Assembly (NCBI GenBank): GCA_900088475.1
Contig: FLMG01000613.1
Coordinates: forward strand, 1-52,423
DNA from: Hyphochytrium catenoides
Lineage: Eukaryota > Protista > Hyphochytriomycota
Length of the DNA stretch: 52,423 nt
Direction of reading: 5' to 3'
The notes below the pieces were generated by a model. That model ran no database searches. It saw only the letters and a program-made list of their open reading frames with translations, and was not told the DNA's origin. The translations under genes were made by a program, and so were the position numbers. The stretch's first letter is position 1, and each line of letters opens with the position of its first letter. Positions 22,920 through 35,728 of the stretch are shown here, piece by piece.

Positions 22920-23708
22920 CCTTCCGCCTGCAAATTGCTTGCACAGCCAAAACGCTGTGTTAAAGCTTCTTTTGAAAATCTCAGAGTAAAACGTCGGGGC
23001 AAACCACAACTGGATGTTGTCAAGACAAATGAAGAATGAGGGAAGTCGTAAGCCGTGGACATATACTAGAAAGTCAGGAGAGCAAATGGAGAAGAGAGCA
23101 CACATGAAAAGAGAGAGAGAGAGAGAGAGAGANNNNNNNNNNNNNNNNNNNNNNNNNNNNNNNNNNNNNNNNNNNNNNNNNNNNNNNNNNNNNGAGAGAG
23201 AGAGAGAGAGACCGAGAGAGAGGAGAGGGCAAGAGAACGCAGGAGTAGAAGGAGGGAGAAGAAAGTGAAGACTTGGTAGACCAGGGCCCTTGACAAGCCA
23301 GAGATGAACATGAAAGTGTGGCCAGAAGGGAGACCCAAGCAAAATTTGGTGCAGATCATATACAGAGAAGGCCAGAGATGGTAGGGCGATAGAGAGACAG
23401 CCAGGGCCTGGTGATTGTGAGACAAGGAAGGAAGAAAGCACCTGGAGAAAGTCAGAGGGGAGAGGAGAGAGGGGAGCGAATGAAAGCTCAGAGGGGAGGA
23501 AGAGACAGAGCGGAGAAAGAGAGAAAGAGCGAGAGGACTGAAAGAGACAGAGAAGAGAAAGAGAGAAGGAGAGACGAGAGAGAAGGAGAGAAAGGCAGGA
23601 GAAAGAAAGAGGTAACTCTGCGAAGAATGGGGAGAGATAGTCAGAGAAGGGAGAGACAGCTGGCAGTCGTCATTGAAGGAAGAAAGAGTGATAGAGAGAG
23701 AGCAAGAA

Positions 23709-23710
<2 letters not shown>

Positions 23711-23760
<50 letters not shown>
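23711..23760. repeat. (GA)n microsatellite
   Basis: Perfect GA run read directly. Confidence 0.9.
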
Positions 23761-23764
<4 letters not shown>

Positions 23765-25606
23765 TCCTCATTACTTAGGTGTTGGTGCACGCCATGAAGA
23801 TACGATCATGGACCTCAAGTCATCAAGTGAGAAATCTATCTCTTCACTGGCCTTACTCTTTATAACAGCTCCTAGCTCACTCTGTCTCGCGACAGTCCGA
23901 ATCTAGCAGTTCACCTACATTGTGGGTCCGCCTTCTGAGTCCAAACTCAGAGATGAGGAGGCTGCACGAGGCAGATGTTGAAGCTCGACAGCTGAGAAAG
24001 ATGCAAGACAGAATCGATCAGAACCGAGACAGAGCCCTGAGATCTTTGTGGTGGAGCAATTTATAATGAGTACTTGGGAGAGAAAGAGCGTACAGAGATG
24101 AGCCTACTCTTTGGATAGAGATCGAGAGCCAGTGCAGGTTAATGAGGAAGGGGGGCTTGGAGGGGGATAAACTCCTAATGGTACGTGCTCTCAGACAGAT
24201 CAATGAGAGATATCTCTCGTCTGATCAAGTGACGGTGCTCAGGTAAGACAGAGTAAATAGAGCTGAGACCACTGACAGTCACAGTCAGCTGGATGTCAGA
24301 AAGAGGTAGGAAGGAGGGTGGGAGGGTGGGGGGTCGAGCTAGGTAGGACACCTAATAATTGTACGAGTTTAGGAAGGAAGGCTAACTCAGTGTACAACGT
24401 TAGGAGGAAGTTTAGGCGGAAGAGCTAAGTTTAGAACCGGGGCCTTTTCTAGACCTGATAATCCTAAATCCTCCAGGTAATAAACTACTGATAAATAGGA
24501 CCTAGACCACGTTAAAAGGTTGTAGGAAGCTACGACAGGAAGTTTGGGGGCGGAAGGAGCGGCTTCTTGGTTCTTGGCAAAGCTGGCTCTTGGTTAAGCT
24601 TGTCCTATGACATAGCAAAAGCAGCGAATGATCTGATCTTCCCTTGATAGCTTCTCGTCACCGACCGCTGTCAGCAGGAAGAAGGTGGTTTGCTCTAAGA
24701 TAGTCGTACAGAGCGAGGGATGGTGATACGGGCCACGTTCTCTATGAAGATCCCTCACTTATTAGTCTTCTCGTCTGGATGTGAGGCTCTTGTTTGTAGC
24801 GTTTAGAGCGCCGGATTGACTTCCGGATACTCTCTCTCACCGTAGGCGAATGGCAGGCACCGAGGAAGCCTAGGAAAACAGTCCTAGCGCAGGTAACCGA
24901 AGTGCAGATCGTCGTCTGGAAATGTGAAGTGAGACCTACAGAGTAGCGCGCGGCGACAGCGGCAATTGCCCATCCCTTTGTTATGCAGAGCACATGGAAG
25001 GTCTTCTAGACTACTACTATTATCAGCTAAGCATGCGAAAGAGTCTCATTTATTGAGGAGGGTATCGGGTGTGGACTACCGATCCGACGATCATACTCTT
25101 TTATCAAGAAAAACCTGGCTTTATTTACTCCTCGTAATCGTTAAATGGGTGATACCCTAGTCGTTTATCATTCCACCTAGTAATGGTCCTTCTCTCCAAC
25201 AAATTTCAGCACCAGCTCAACCAGATGGCTGCTAAAGGATGAAGTTTGAGGCAGCACAACTAGAGACAGACAGCAAAAGGAGACAGGACGACAGCGACGG
25301 TTGACAGAGATGGCCGCACAGCAGAGGGTCAAAGGAACGGCTTCACTTGAACTCACAGAGCAACTCCACACAGAATTTGAAAGGTCAATCTATCATTCAT
25401 GTTATCCTATGTAGGCTAAAGAATTAGTATTGATTGAGAGGCATCGGTCTGAATGTGAGATGCTGAAGCTCCAGCGGGCGGAGATAGAAGAGCGGGGCAG
25501 ATAGAGGAGACATGAGGAGGAAGGCGAGAGAAGGCGAAGCGCAGAACAAGAGGAGAAGAACATAAGGGGGAAATAAGAGAGCGACGGTCGGGCCAGCGAT
25601 GGTACG

Positions 25607-26814
25607 CTAACTAGGAGGAGAAGAGGGAAGGATCCTATTGCTTGACAGTAGAGCCTTTCGTCCTCCTTCACCTCCGGTAGTCTCCGTAGACAGCTTTGAC
25701 CCCACTTTGAGAGAAGTGTACTCTCCCTTTCCTTCACTTCGTGCTCCGTCCCCTCCGCCTCCCATCATGATGATTTCAATAAAGCTGTTCGCCATCATGA
25801 AGAGCTTAATGTTGATCGCCCAGGTTAGATAGACGAGCACAGTCCCCAGAATTGCGTCTATATAGCAGTAGACAGTCGCCGCCAGGAAGATGAGACTGCC
25901 AAACTGAGTAGGAAGAGGAGACAGGAAACAAATTAGATCAGAGAGCAGAAGGGCTTAGTGCTACTGCCATTCAACTGGTTCGAACAAAGAGGAACAGGGC
26001 GCCAAGAAGAAGGAAAGTTACGACCCAGTGGACGTTTTGACCCTTCAACATAAGAGCCTGACGAAAGACGGAAGAGCAGCAAAGGCAGGAAGAGACCAAC
26101 GTGAAGAAGAACAGCCGAGCCCCGAAAGAGCAGGAACGGCGCTAAAGAGACTTAAGGAGATAGCTATGTGCAATGATTGCCTAAATGATAAGGACACTGA
26201 GGGCACCAGCGCCATTCCTTCCTCCTTACCATCAGCCCACGTGCCAGCGTCTGGCAATAGGCCTTATTCTTCTCCCCGGTCACTCTGGAGGCCAAGGTAC
26301 CTGCCGTGAGGGCGTGGATGAGTCCATAGTGCATGATAAGCTCGTTGATCACAAGAAAGATGTTCATTGTTGCCCAGATGGTGGTCGCCTTCTCAGCACT
26401 GACAATGCCATATATGGATAAGATCCACGCGATGTCAGCCACACCGTAGCCAACAGAAATGATACAGAAGAGAAGAATGCGCTTCCTCTCTTCCTCTTTC
26501 AGAAGAAGAGCCCTCATCCTCATAATGAAAGCCATGTCCAGAGTAGCAGCAGAGAACCAGTCCGCGACGAACACGAGAGAGTTAACAACGTTATTGCAGT
26601 TCAGTCCGCTATCGCCGATAGTGGGATTGCAATCGTATGTGAAGGAGAGGATCTGCAATCCTGCGAATGCAATGGTTGAGTAGACACAGATGACGAGAAG
26701 AAGAGGAATAATTTTGCCTTGGAGGGCGGGGCCGTAGCGAAGATGAGCGAGACATTCTCCTGAGATGGCGATGGTGCCTACGGAGATGGCCGAGAGGATT
26801 ACGGTCGAAGTCAT
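25607..26814 (-). CDS. Orphan seven-transmembrane (GPCR-like) protein, at least 2 exons
   Basis: Exon 26814-26230 (donor ATG|gtaagg) joins in phase to exon 25903-25607 (acceptor tcag|TTT). The spliced product has seven hydrophobic segments, a short N-terminus, a Cys pair in the loop before TM3, MRMRAL at the end of TM3 and a Gly/Ser-rich tail. The 3' end is uncertain. Confidence 0.7.
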
Positions 26815-27292
26815 ACTTCTTAGTTTTTCCTGCAAAGCTTTCTTCAATGATGAGCGCAGCCGTCTCCCTCCTTATATACTATCGCCTCTTCTCTACTATT
26901 TGTCCTGATGAAAAAATCTGCCTCTTCCGCGATTGATAACGAGCTTCTATTCTTCTCCGTGTCTCTCCTTTATACTGCTAGGGGAGGGAGGTTCGCGCTG
27001 CCCGCTATGGCCGTGTTAGCTGTAGGAAAAGAGTAATTGATCTCATCGACCTCGATGTCTTCTCTTGGCCGACTCTTCCATCATTTCTTCTTCTAGCATC
27101 TCTTTATCTATTGCGTCAGTGCCCTGTCTCTTCCTTTACTTCGCGGCCCTTCATCTCCATCATAAAACTTTGCTGCTTATCTCCTCTTCTCTCCCTTCAG
27201 AGCGCCCTCCTTGCACTTTCCTGCTGGCTAAAATTAGGCGGCCTCATCCTTCCTATCTTAGTAGCAAGTATCTATAGCAATAACGTCATCTC

Positions 27293-27325
<33 letters not shown>

Positions 27326-28607
27326 CTCCCTCTCTAGTCTGTCATCTACTTCCTTCTCACTTTGCCTTTCCTTCCACCGATCTATCTGCCCATCACCGGA
27401 ATCGTTCCCTTCCTTGATGACATCTGCAAGCATGGTGTGACTTTGGCTGCGATCCCCATCTACCGGTGGTTTATTATCCGTTAACATCGTGATAGGTCTG
27501 AGAGCCGGATGGAAGGAAAGAATGAGCCTACAAAGAATTGTCCGTCGACGAAACTGACAGTCGCTGCTGGTCACTCTGTTCTGTTAACATAGATATTTGG
27601 CCCGAGAGGCAGAGAAGACACTCAGCTAGGGAGGCTGATCAGACATTGGAAAGGTTAGAATTTCTTAGCATTGATGAGCAGATCAAAAGGAAGAAGGCGA
27701 TCTGCACGCCACCGGCTGGTGGTGCTAGTGTTGGCGAGCCGAGAGAAAAAGGAGGACGGAGGAAGGAAAGAACAAAGGAGAAGTGCGAGGACAGCAGTAG
27801 ATGGCGCTAATATAATAGACAGAAGAACACAAGAGCTAGAGAGAGAAGAGAAGAGTCGATAGGAGGAGCAGCCGGAAGAGAAGAGACAGAGGAGGAGGAT
27901 ATGATAATGTCATCGTCGTCGCCTAGATAACCAGCTCAAGACATCTGATCACAATGATGGTCGTCAACGCCGGTGCACAGCCTTAAACTGCACTCATTTC
28001 GTTCTTCGCTGGAAGCCAGAACGAAGAGAAAAGAAAGCGATAGGAGGGTGATCTGCCCAAGAACGTTACGGCGATGCTGACTCACTCCTCTGGCACCGGA
28101 AAGTTCCATGGGATGGTGCTACTCGCTCTACTACCGTTGACGAGAAGAGAGAAGATAGAGCTGCTCACTATTCTCCCAAATGAGAAGATAAAGTGAAGTG
28201 AACGACGACCGACGACCGTCTCACAACGAGGAGGGAGATGGAGAGACAATAGAGAAGGAAAGAGTAGAAGTAGCAAAGAAAGGAGAAGAAGCAGCAGTAG
28301 TTAGTAGTACGAGGTGCCTTGAGCAGCAGCAGCTTTGACATTGTTGGTACCATACAATGCAACGTCTCACTGCAGCTTACTCTTGCTCCGTTTATGCTGC
28401 AGATGGACGATAAGGCCGTCCGTCGGCCCAGTAGTAGTATGGCACGCCGCAGCATGCCTCATCAAGCAGAAAGAGGTAACCACCGCAGCAGTGTCTCACT
28501 CGTAACACCCGGAAGAAGCAAGCCACCCGACTCGACTCATTCAAGAACAACACTGCTTCTTATCCAAACCATGCAGTACGTTCCTATAACATCGTCTTCA
28601 GCAGGAA

Positions 28608-28622
28608 GAAGAGAGAGAGTGT

Positions 28623-28678
<56 letters not shown>

Positions 28679-28760
28679 AAGAAAGAAAGAGAGAGAGTGT
28701 GAGAGAGAGAGAGAATGAAAGAGACAGAGAGACAGAGAGAAACAAAGAGAGAGAGAGAGA
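28608..28760. repeat. Compound (GA)n/(GAAA)n microsatellite
   Basis: Direct reading. Confidence 0.85.
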
Positions 28761-31700
28761 CCAACAAAACGGTAGAAACTGATTTGTCACGAAACTCCAG
28801 TTTTATCAATTTTACATAAGAATAACCAACCTTCAAACATGTGACGGATTTAGACCGTAACTTCTGTCCTGACTGGTAGCACGTTCCAACAGTAATCAGA
28901 GCTGAAAATTCACTTCGAATTAGGACATTCAAATCGGTAGTCGATTTTAAAGTGAAATGTTCTATTTCGGTGGGTTGCCTCCTGACTACTTCCACCATCA
29001 CCGTTCTTCCTCCTCCTCAATCCTAATCTTCCTCCTCCTCCCACTTTCCTTCTTCTCTCTCCTTTTCACCATTGCTGTTTGTTCTTCTCTGTCCTTCTCT
29101 TTTCCTTCTTCTTCTTCTCTCTCCTCATCTCTTCCCTCCTCCTGGTTGTTCTTCTTCTCCCTTTCTCCTTCTTCTTCTTCCCTTTCCCTGCTCGCTGCTG
29201 CCGCTTCTTCTTCTTCTACTACTTGCACACCTTCTCGCCATTGGAAAGACGGCAGCGGACAGCGGGCAGCAGTCCTCCTCCAACACCATTCTCATACACT
29301 GCTGTCTTGATGATGATGACGATAAGGCAGGCAATGGCCGGAGTGGTGATGTCTTCTTTATTCTCTTTGTTCCGACTATAACCCTGCTAGCTGATGCACA
29401 GCAACGTCAAGACAATCTCCTCATATTATTCAACATTGATCAGTAGTAGAATGAGGACGATGAGGGGAGTACTATTCTCCTTCTTCTCTTCTCCTTGTCC
29501 CTCTTATTTTGCTCCACTACTTCCTCTTCGTCCTCTTCTTTTCTCATCGCCGCTCGGCTTCTTCAAAGTCATGATGACCGCAGCAGCATCTGGAGCATTG
29601 GGAAGATTATTAGGACCCCACAAGTCGTCCGTCGTCATCCTCACGGTGGTGATCGCAGACAGGGAGAAGAAGAGGAGCAATGGGCCGCCTGGTGTTGAGG
29701 GACCAAAAGAATAGGGTGTTCTTCTGAGCAGAAGAGAATGTTGCTGCGGTTACGCTCATCTGGCACGCAGTGGATAACGAGGAGGCGTCTGAACCACAAA
29801 CTGTTCCTTACGCATATCCCCTCTCGGTCGCAAGGTAAGGTTTAGACTTCCATCTGCAGGCGCGATTGCTCCTAGTCTAGGACTGCAGTGGTGAGGGTAG
29901 TACTATGGCTGCCATTAGACTCCACTGATAAGCTATCAGGACAGCTTTTTGGCGATCGCCCGCCACCCACCAGGCGGGAAGCACAGATAAGCTTTGTCAA
30001 CAAGTGTAGAAGGATTCATTAGATCAATGTTGAACGTGACGGCTTTCAAACACAAAGCTTCATCTCTCTCTCTGATTACCTACCGAACAGAAGTGAATGT
30101 CATGAATGTGGGGCCGCTTAGGAGGTTGTAGTGAGAGAAGAGCTGCGTTGCGCAACTTCTAGAACAACTATAGAAGAGAAGGAGCAACTTGCGGAGTGGC
30201 AGTGCTTCTTCTACAACTGTGATCATAACGACATAACGATGCCTCAAGCGGGGTTATTAGCAATTATCTGCTTATAGTTGTCCCTTGACAGATAACCTTA
30301 GCAGCATCTGTCTTCTTCATACCGCGTACTTGGANNNNNNNNNNNNNNNNNNNNNNNNNNNNNNNNNNNNNNNNNNNNNNNNNNNNNNNNNNNNNNNNNN
30401 NNNNNNNACATTGGTGACGAAGGGGAGACAACGAACACAATGTTGTTGAAGGTCGTAATAAGCCTCAGCACAAGCAAGACCAGCAGCGGAAGAGGAATAA
30501 GCAGCTTCCTCAACAAGAACAGTAGCTTCTTTCCTCCTTTTGAAGTCGTTCGATTCACAACCCTTCTAGCCTTTAGCATGCAAGGAGCTCTTGAGAAGCG
30601 GATAGCAGCGATAGGCAGAGATCCACCTTCAAAGATGGTGGCTGGCTCTTATCATTATGGTCTGGTGAATAAATCCTGCTTGCCTACACTAGCAAGGATA
30701 AGAACCGTGCATGCTCGGACTTGCAAGCAATATTTTGGAGCTACTGTTGGGTTGGAATGTTGGTTGGCAGCACCCCCCTTACACTACTCTATACTGCTGG
30801 TGGTAAGGAACAGGAAGATAGGAACAACAATCACTGACACTTTCCCACCCAACGCCAGCAGCACGTCGTGCTGTCAGGGCCATCCTTTGTCTTCTATCAT
30901 CAAAGATTGTGATGAGAAGGATAGAAGAGAGCTATAGACTCCTCCTCCTGTTGTTTGTTAGCCTCATCTTTCACAGACCTGCTTCAAATCCATCGTTCTC
31001 TTCCTCTGTTGTCTGACCCCCTCCTGCCCGCGACAACAACCTGCTGGATTGTTGCGCTGCACACTGAAGAAGATAAAATTCAAAGTGCGAACGAAGATGA
31101 TTCACCCAGTAAGAAGGTGGCCATCGATCGCGGCCCTTCTATTGAACCCTTGAAGCAACAAGAGGCTAGTGGCCAGCCAACCTGCTGCAATAGTAAATTC
31201 TAAGTTCGCAGCACCTTTTGTCCTTCGTTGTCCGACCCCTTCCCACAACAGCTCTCCTGAATAACTCTTGTTGCAGCAGCGGGACTTGGGGGCAGAAGGA
31301 GTTAATGTCGACACAAAGTTTGAAGAGGCTTCTTCTGTTCAGCTGGTGCTGCCCCGACAGACAGTCGTAGAACTACATAGCCATTCTTCAGAGAAGCAAC
31401 CTCTGCTGCCTCCGCTGTCTTTGCAGCCGTCGTTTTGGCTTCCTTCATCACCAGCAGCAGCAGCAGCAGCCACAGCCCCAACCTTATCATCATCACACTA
31501 CTATGTGCATAGCAAATGGCGGTGCGGGCCATATCATCAGTAGAACTATGGTGTGAAGCAAGCAATGTGTGGAGGAGGAGGACAGTGAGTCTGTTGATTG
31601 AGGCTGAGCCATCATCACCAGCTTTCCCTTGATGATGAGGATGATTGACCATCACTCTGTCTCTCCGCCACCTTGGACTCTGCCCGTCCAGCGCCATAAT

Positions 31701-34102
31701 AAACCTCTACAAAAAAATTAGCGGGGCGTTTTGGCCTATGATTGACTTCTTTCGTAGCGACTATTCCAGGAGCCAAAGCCAGGGAACCACCTGTAATAAA
31801 CAGTGGGTGAAATCACGGATTATATTTATACCTCCATTACCCCTATAATGCTAATAGCTATTTTGATAATTGGAAAGATTGCGAGCTTTACAGGGATTTA
31901 GACTTTAGGAGGGTCACTGTGGGTGCTGGGTCCCCAGCAGTCCCCCAGCAGAAGGCGCACAAGGAGGGGAGGAGGAGGAGAAAGGATACTCCTGCAAAGC
32001 CTACCATGCTGACTCTCTCCCTGTCTCTCTCCTTCTATATATCCATCTATATCTAAACTCTGTCTCGGTACTCCATGCATTCCTCTATGGTCGTCTCTTT
32101 GGGCTATGATCCTATTGGCTACATCTCTCTTACCTCTCTTCTTCCCTCAACCCTCGTCAGCTTACTCTTTCTTGTGCCATCTAGTGTTTAGACAGGCGAT
32201 CTATCATCTCTTCTGATCCTGTCACCTCTGTCTTGCTCCTGCCTTCTCTGTCTCTTTCCCCTTTCTTCTTTTAGATGGCGTGTCCCTCCTTGGCATTTCC
32301 CTCCTCCGTCTGCTGTCTTCCCTCCCTCCTACCTCTGACCGTTACTACAGCTTCTTTTTTGTGGCTCCTCCTTCCTTGTTAGCACTTTGTCATGGAGCTT
32401 GTCCGACCACAATGGCTCTCTTTTCCCCCAGGCCTAAGACGGCGCTGAGATCTGCATATTTTCCTCCCAACTCCTCTTGGTCTCAAAGCTGTCCGTTGTC
32501 AAGTTGCCCCAAGATAAGCCGCCGACTGGATGAGTCAGAGCCAAAGACTGTGTGATGAAGAAGCGCAGTCGGAGATGACAGGCATTTGACTGAACTGAAC
32601 TATCCATTTTCCGCCCCTACATGACTGCTCTTCACCTGCACGCTCTGTCTTCCACCATATAGGGCGTTCATCATAGAGAAGATGTTATCTCCTTCGTAGC
32701 ATGGTCGCTGCGTTGTGACGATGATCACTCAAGGTCTCCTTCACCTGCTCTTGCACTTCTCGGACTGTCATTCCTAATAGAGAGAGAGTTAGTTCTCTCT
32801 GTGCGGAAGCTATGCAGTAGGATCAACAAGAAATGGTTCTCAATCCTCTGCATTTCCCTCTCCATAGGTTCCGTCTCTCTCTTCTCTTGCTCCTCCCCAA
32901 TATCTTGCAGTCCAAAAGGTTGCAGTCCTTCAAGGGTTCCTTCGGGGTTAAATCTATGGCTTGTGAGTCTCCCTTGTGCATGAGTACGATGTCCAAGATA
33001 AGCGTTCACCTTGTGAGCTGGTTGGTGACAGTGCCCACCAGCAAGTAAAAAGAATAGCTAAGATATTTGGGAAGAGAGGACAGCAAAAAAATGGAGGAGC
33101 AACGAGAAGAGAGTGTTTGTCTCGATGTGTGTCCTCACTACTCCTCCTCTCAACGACAAGGGCGGTCATCACACTAACTGTAGGATGCACAATGCCTGCC
33201 ACCCCACCACCAGTCCCAGTGTATGTCTCCACCAAAGAGCTAAAGCACGATGATGATGGGTAGATTGGTACACCCTCAGCCTTTTGTCTCTCCTCCTCTT
33301 GTCTCCCTCTTCTTTTGAGGAGACTCTTCTTTGCTCACCATCTTCTCTCTCTCTCTACTCTTTCTCCCTACTCTTTCTCTCTTTCCCTCTTTTCTCTTTC
33401 TCTCTCTCTCTCTGTCTCTCTCTCTCTGGTTCTTTCTCTCTCTTCTTTGCAGCACTCTTCGTCTGTCAGGCACGTTTCCCCCTTCATTGCACTTGACCTA
33501 TTCTTAGCTTACGAAGATAGTTCACCGACTCCACTCGTACAGTTGGGGAATGTACCGCTTTTGCTGTGCTACCCAGTCCCGTTCTTTACTCCTCAATCCC
33601 AGCAACCTAGCAATTACTCAAGACTTCTTACTGGGTGGTCGTTTCCACAGTGTGGGACGCGCATGAACAGAAGCGGACCAGAGACAAGCACCTCATTCTC
33701 TGATTTGCATCAGAATGTTCGTCTCACTCTACGCAAGGTGCTGGTGCCAGTAGTTCTTGGGGTCGCTGCTGCTATCAGCGGCATCTGTGAGAGAAGAGAA
33801 GGAGCAAACACTCTCCAATACCATCTTTCCTTGCTCTTTCTCCACCACAATAACTCTCTCTCTCCTTAAGATCCCTTCCTTATCCTCTCGCATTTTCATG
33901 CCTCTTCATGAATAGAGGATAGGAGAGTAAGGGAAGCAGCAAGTAACCTTTCGGTCGAGCAAACACGGTGCCCGCAAACCAGCAAGCTCCTTTCCCCCGC
34001 TATATTGTTGGTCTGCTTGCCGCTCTCTTCCATCGTTTGCTGTCGTACAACGCAAGGAGCTTTGCCCCTACCGCCAGAAGTTTGTTATGAGAGAGAGGCA
34101 CA

Positions 34103-35728
34103 ATGCTTCTCCAAGCTTATAACCTCATTCCCGAACGTATCACATTCAACGATCTCCTTCCTCTTTCTCCAATGGCATCGCAACGGCCTTCTTTCAAGAA
34201 AGAGCCGATAATACGAAGAAGGCGTCCTTTCCCTAGACCTGCGGCATCCTCTTCTGCAGATTTATTATCCGCTTCTTCTTTCTCAGAAGGAGGAGGAGGC
34301 AACAGGTCCAGCGTTGTTGCTGCCCCTTCTAGTCTAAATCCACCAGTGGCAATAGGAGCAGAAGCTAATAGAGGAGATGCTGGGCAACTGAAGGGTTCAG
34401 CGAGTGGTCCCTCCGCTTCCATTGTGCCATTATTAGGTCTCAAGACAGAGAGAGCTAGTCCCAGTCCTATTGTTCCAGCAGGAGGACGAGAAGAGTTGAG
34501 GACCTTGATGCAGCACGCAGTGTATGCTCCCGCTATTAATTCGGAGAACCCCGCGATGGCTTTCACCTCCTATCAGATGGAGCGGTCAGACTACTTAGGG
34601 AGACTGCGGGAGATTGACTTCCTTAACCAGGAACTGTGGAGGCGGGGCTTTGCTCCATTATCCCTTAGCAGTGCGGAGACTCATCTCGGCAGCACTCCTC
34701 TGTCTACAAGGACATGGAATGCGGCCCCCATGCAGCCGGAGCTCCTCCACCCACCACTGACGCCTGTGGGATCATCAGAGCTGACCCAAGAAGATATCCT
34801 AAACCTCATTGGACTGCTGCAAGAAGGTGCCAGCAGTGGTAGGGACTCTCTCTCTGCTATGGACCTATTGCAAGATGTCATCGAAGGAGACACCGAGCCT
34901 GGCGGACGTCGCAGTAGTCTCTCCATGGCTCTATCGCTGTTAGAGCGCTATGATGAGCAGGTAGATGATGAAGAGGAGAGTAGCTGTATCCACCCAATGC
35001 TCGCGAACCATGACCACCACCACCACGACCAACATGAAGACAGAGCTCCAGGACCCTCGTCAGTGCAGAATAGCAAAGGAGAAGGGACTGATGGCAACGC
35101 AACGACGGCCCTTCTCACAGCGACGTTATCTACCGTAAAGCTTGAAAGAGAGGACGAAGACGGGGATTATGACGAAGACTCTTCGGTTTTCACTCAGCCT
35201 TCGCCATATCCTTCTCCATCACCTTCTCCATCTCTTCTCTCTAGTGAAGAAGGAGGCGGCCTTGCGGCATCTATCGAGGAAGAAAAGGCAGAGGGCAACA
35301 CAAGTCAAGGATCTTGCAGTACCAGCACAACGACAAAGAAGCGTAGTCGGAGGAAGAAATGTGCCATTGAAGAATGTGTACGCAGAGCTCGCTCTTGGGG
35401 CTTTTGCAAGGCTCACTCGGAGGTAACAAAGTGCTCGTTTCCTGGATGTCAACGACAGAGTCAGGGCAACAGACTTTGTATCAAGCACGGCGGAGGCAAG
35501 CGATGTGAAATAGAAGGCTGTGACAAAGCTGCACAGAGTCGTGGGAAGTGCAAAAGCCATGGAGGTGGGGTTCGATGCCAGGTAGAAGGCTGCACAAGGA
35601 GCAGCCAGGGTGGAGGCAGATGCAGAGCTCATGGTGGAGGCCCGCGTTGCTCATTTCCAGGCTGTGCAAAAAGCGCCAGTCGATTCAAGCTCTGTGCACA
35701 GCACTCCGACAGGCCGGATGATGATTGA
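34103..35728 (+). CDS. WRKY19-like Cys/His zinc-binding repeat protein (five C-x4-C-x9-C-x2-H repeats), putative transcriptional regulator
   Basis: Intronless 541-aa ORF. Disordered acidic/Ser-rich N-terminus, basic KKRSRRKK segment, then CAIEEC..FCKAH, CSFPGC..LCIKHGGG, CEIEGC..KCKSHGGG, CQVEGC..RCRAHGGG, CSFPGC..LCAQH. The start may be the second Met (MASQ). Confidence 0.85.
   Translation: MLLQAYNLIPERITFNDLLPLSPMASQRPSFKKEPIIRRRRPFPRPAASSSADLLSASSFSEGGGGNRSSVVAAPSSLNPPVAIGAEANRGDAGQLKGSASGPSASIVPLLGLKTERASPSPIVPAGGREELRTLMQHAVYAPAINSENPAMAFTSYQMERSDYLGRLREIDFLNQELWRRGFAPLSLSSAETHLGSTPLSTRTWNAAPMQPELLHPPLTPVGSSELTQEDILNLIGLLQEGASSGRDSLSAMDLLQDVIEGDTEPGGRRSSLSMALSLLERYDEQVDDEEESSCIHPMLANHDHHHHDQHEDRAPGPSSVQNSKGEGTDGNATTALLTATLSTVKLEREDEDGDYDEDSSVFTQPSPYPSPSPSPSLLSSEEGGGLAASIEEEKAEGNTSQGSCSTSTTTKKRSRRKKCAIEECVRRARSWGFCKAHSEVTKCSFPGCQRQSQGNRLCIKHGGGKRCEIEGCDKAAQSRGKCKSHGGGVRCQVEGCTRSSQGGGRCRAHGGGPRCSFPGCAKSASRFKLCAQHSDRPDDD

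Noticed and set aside
22920-23441. N-terminal extension of the GSDH ORF through the N-gap
   Set aside because: Microsatellite and gap sequence; the ATG at 22919 gives a clean signal peptide.
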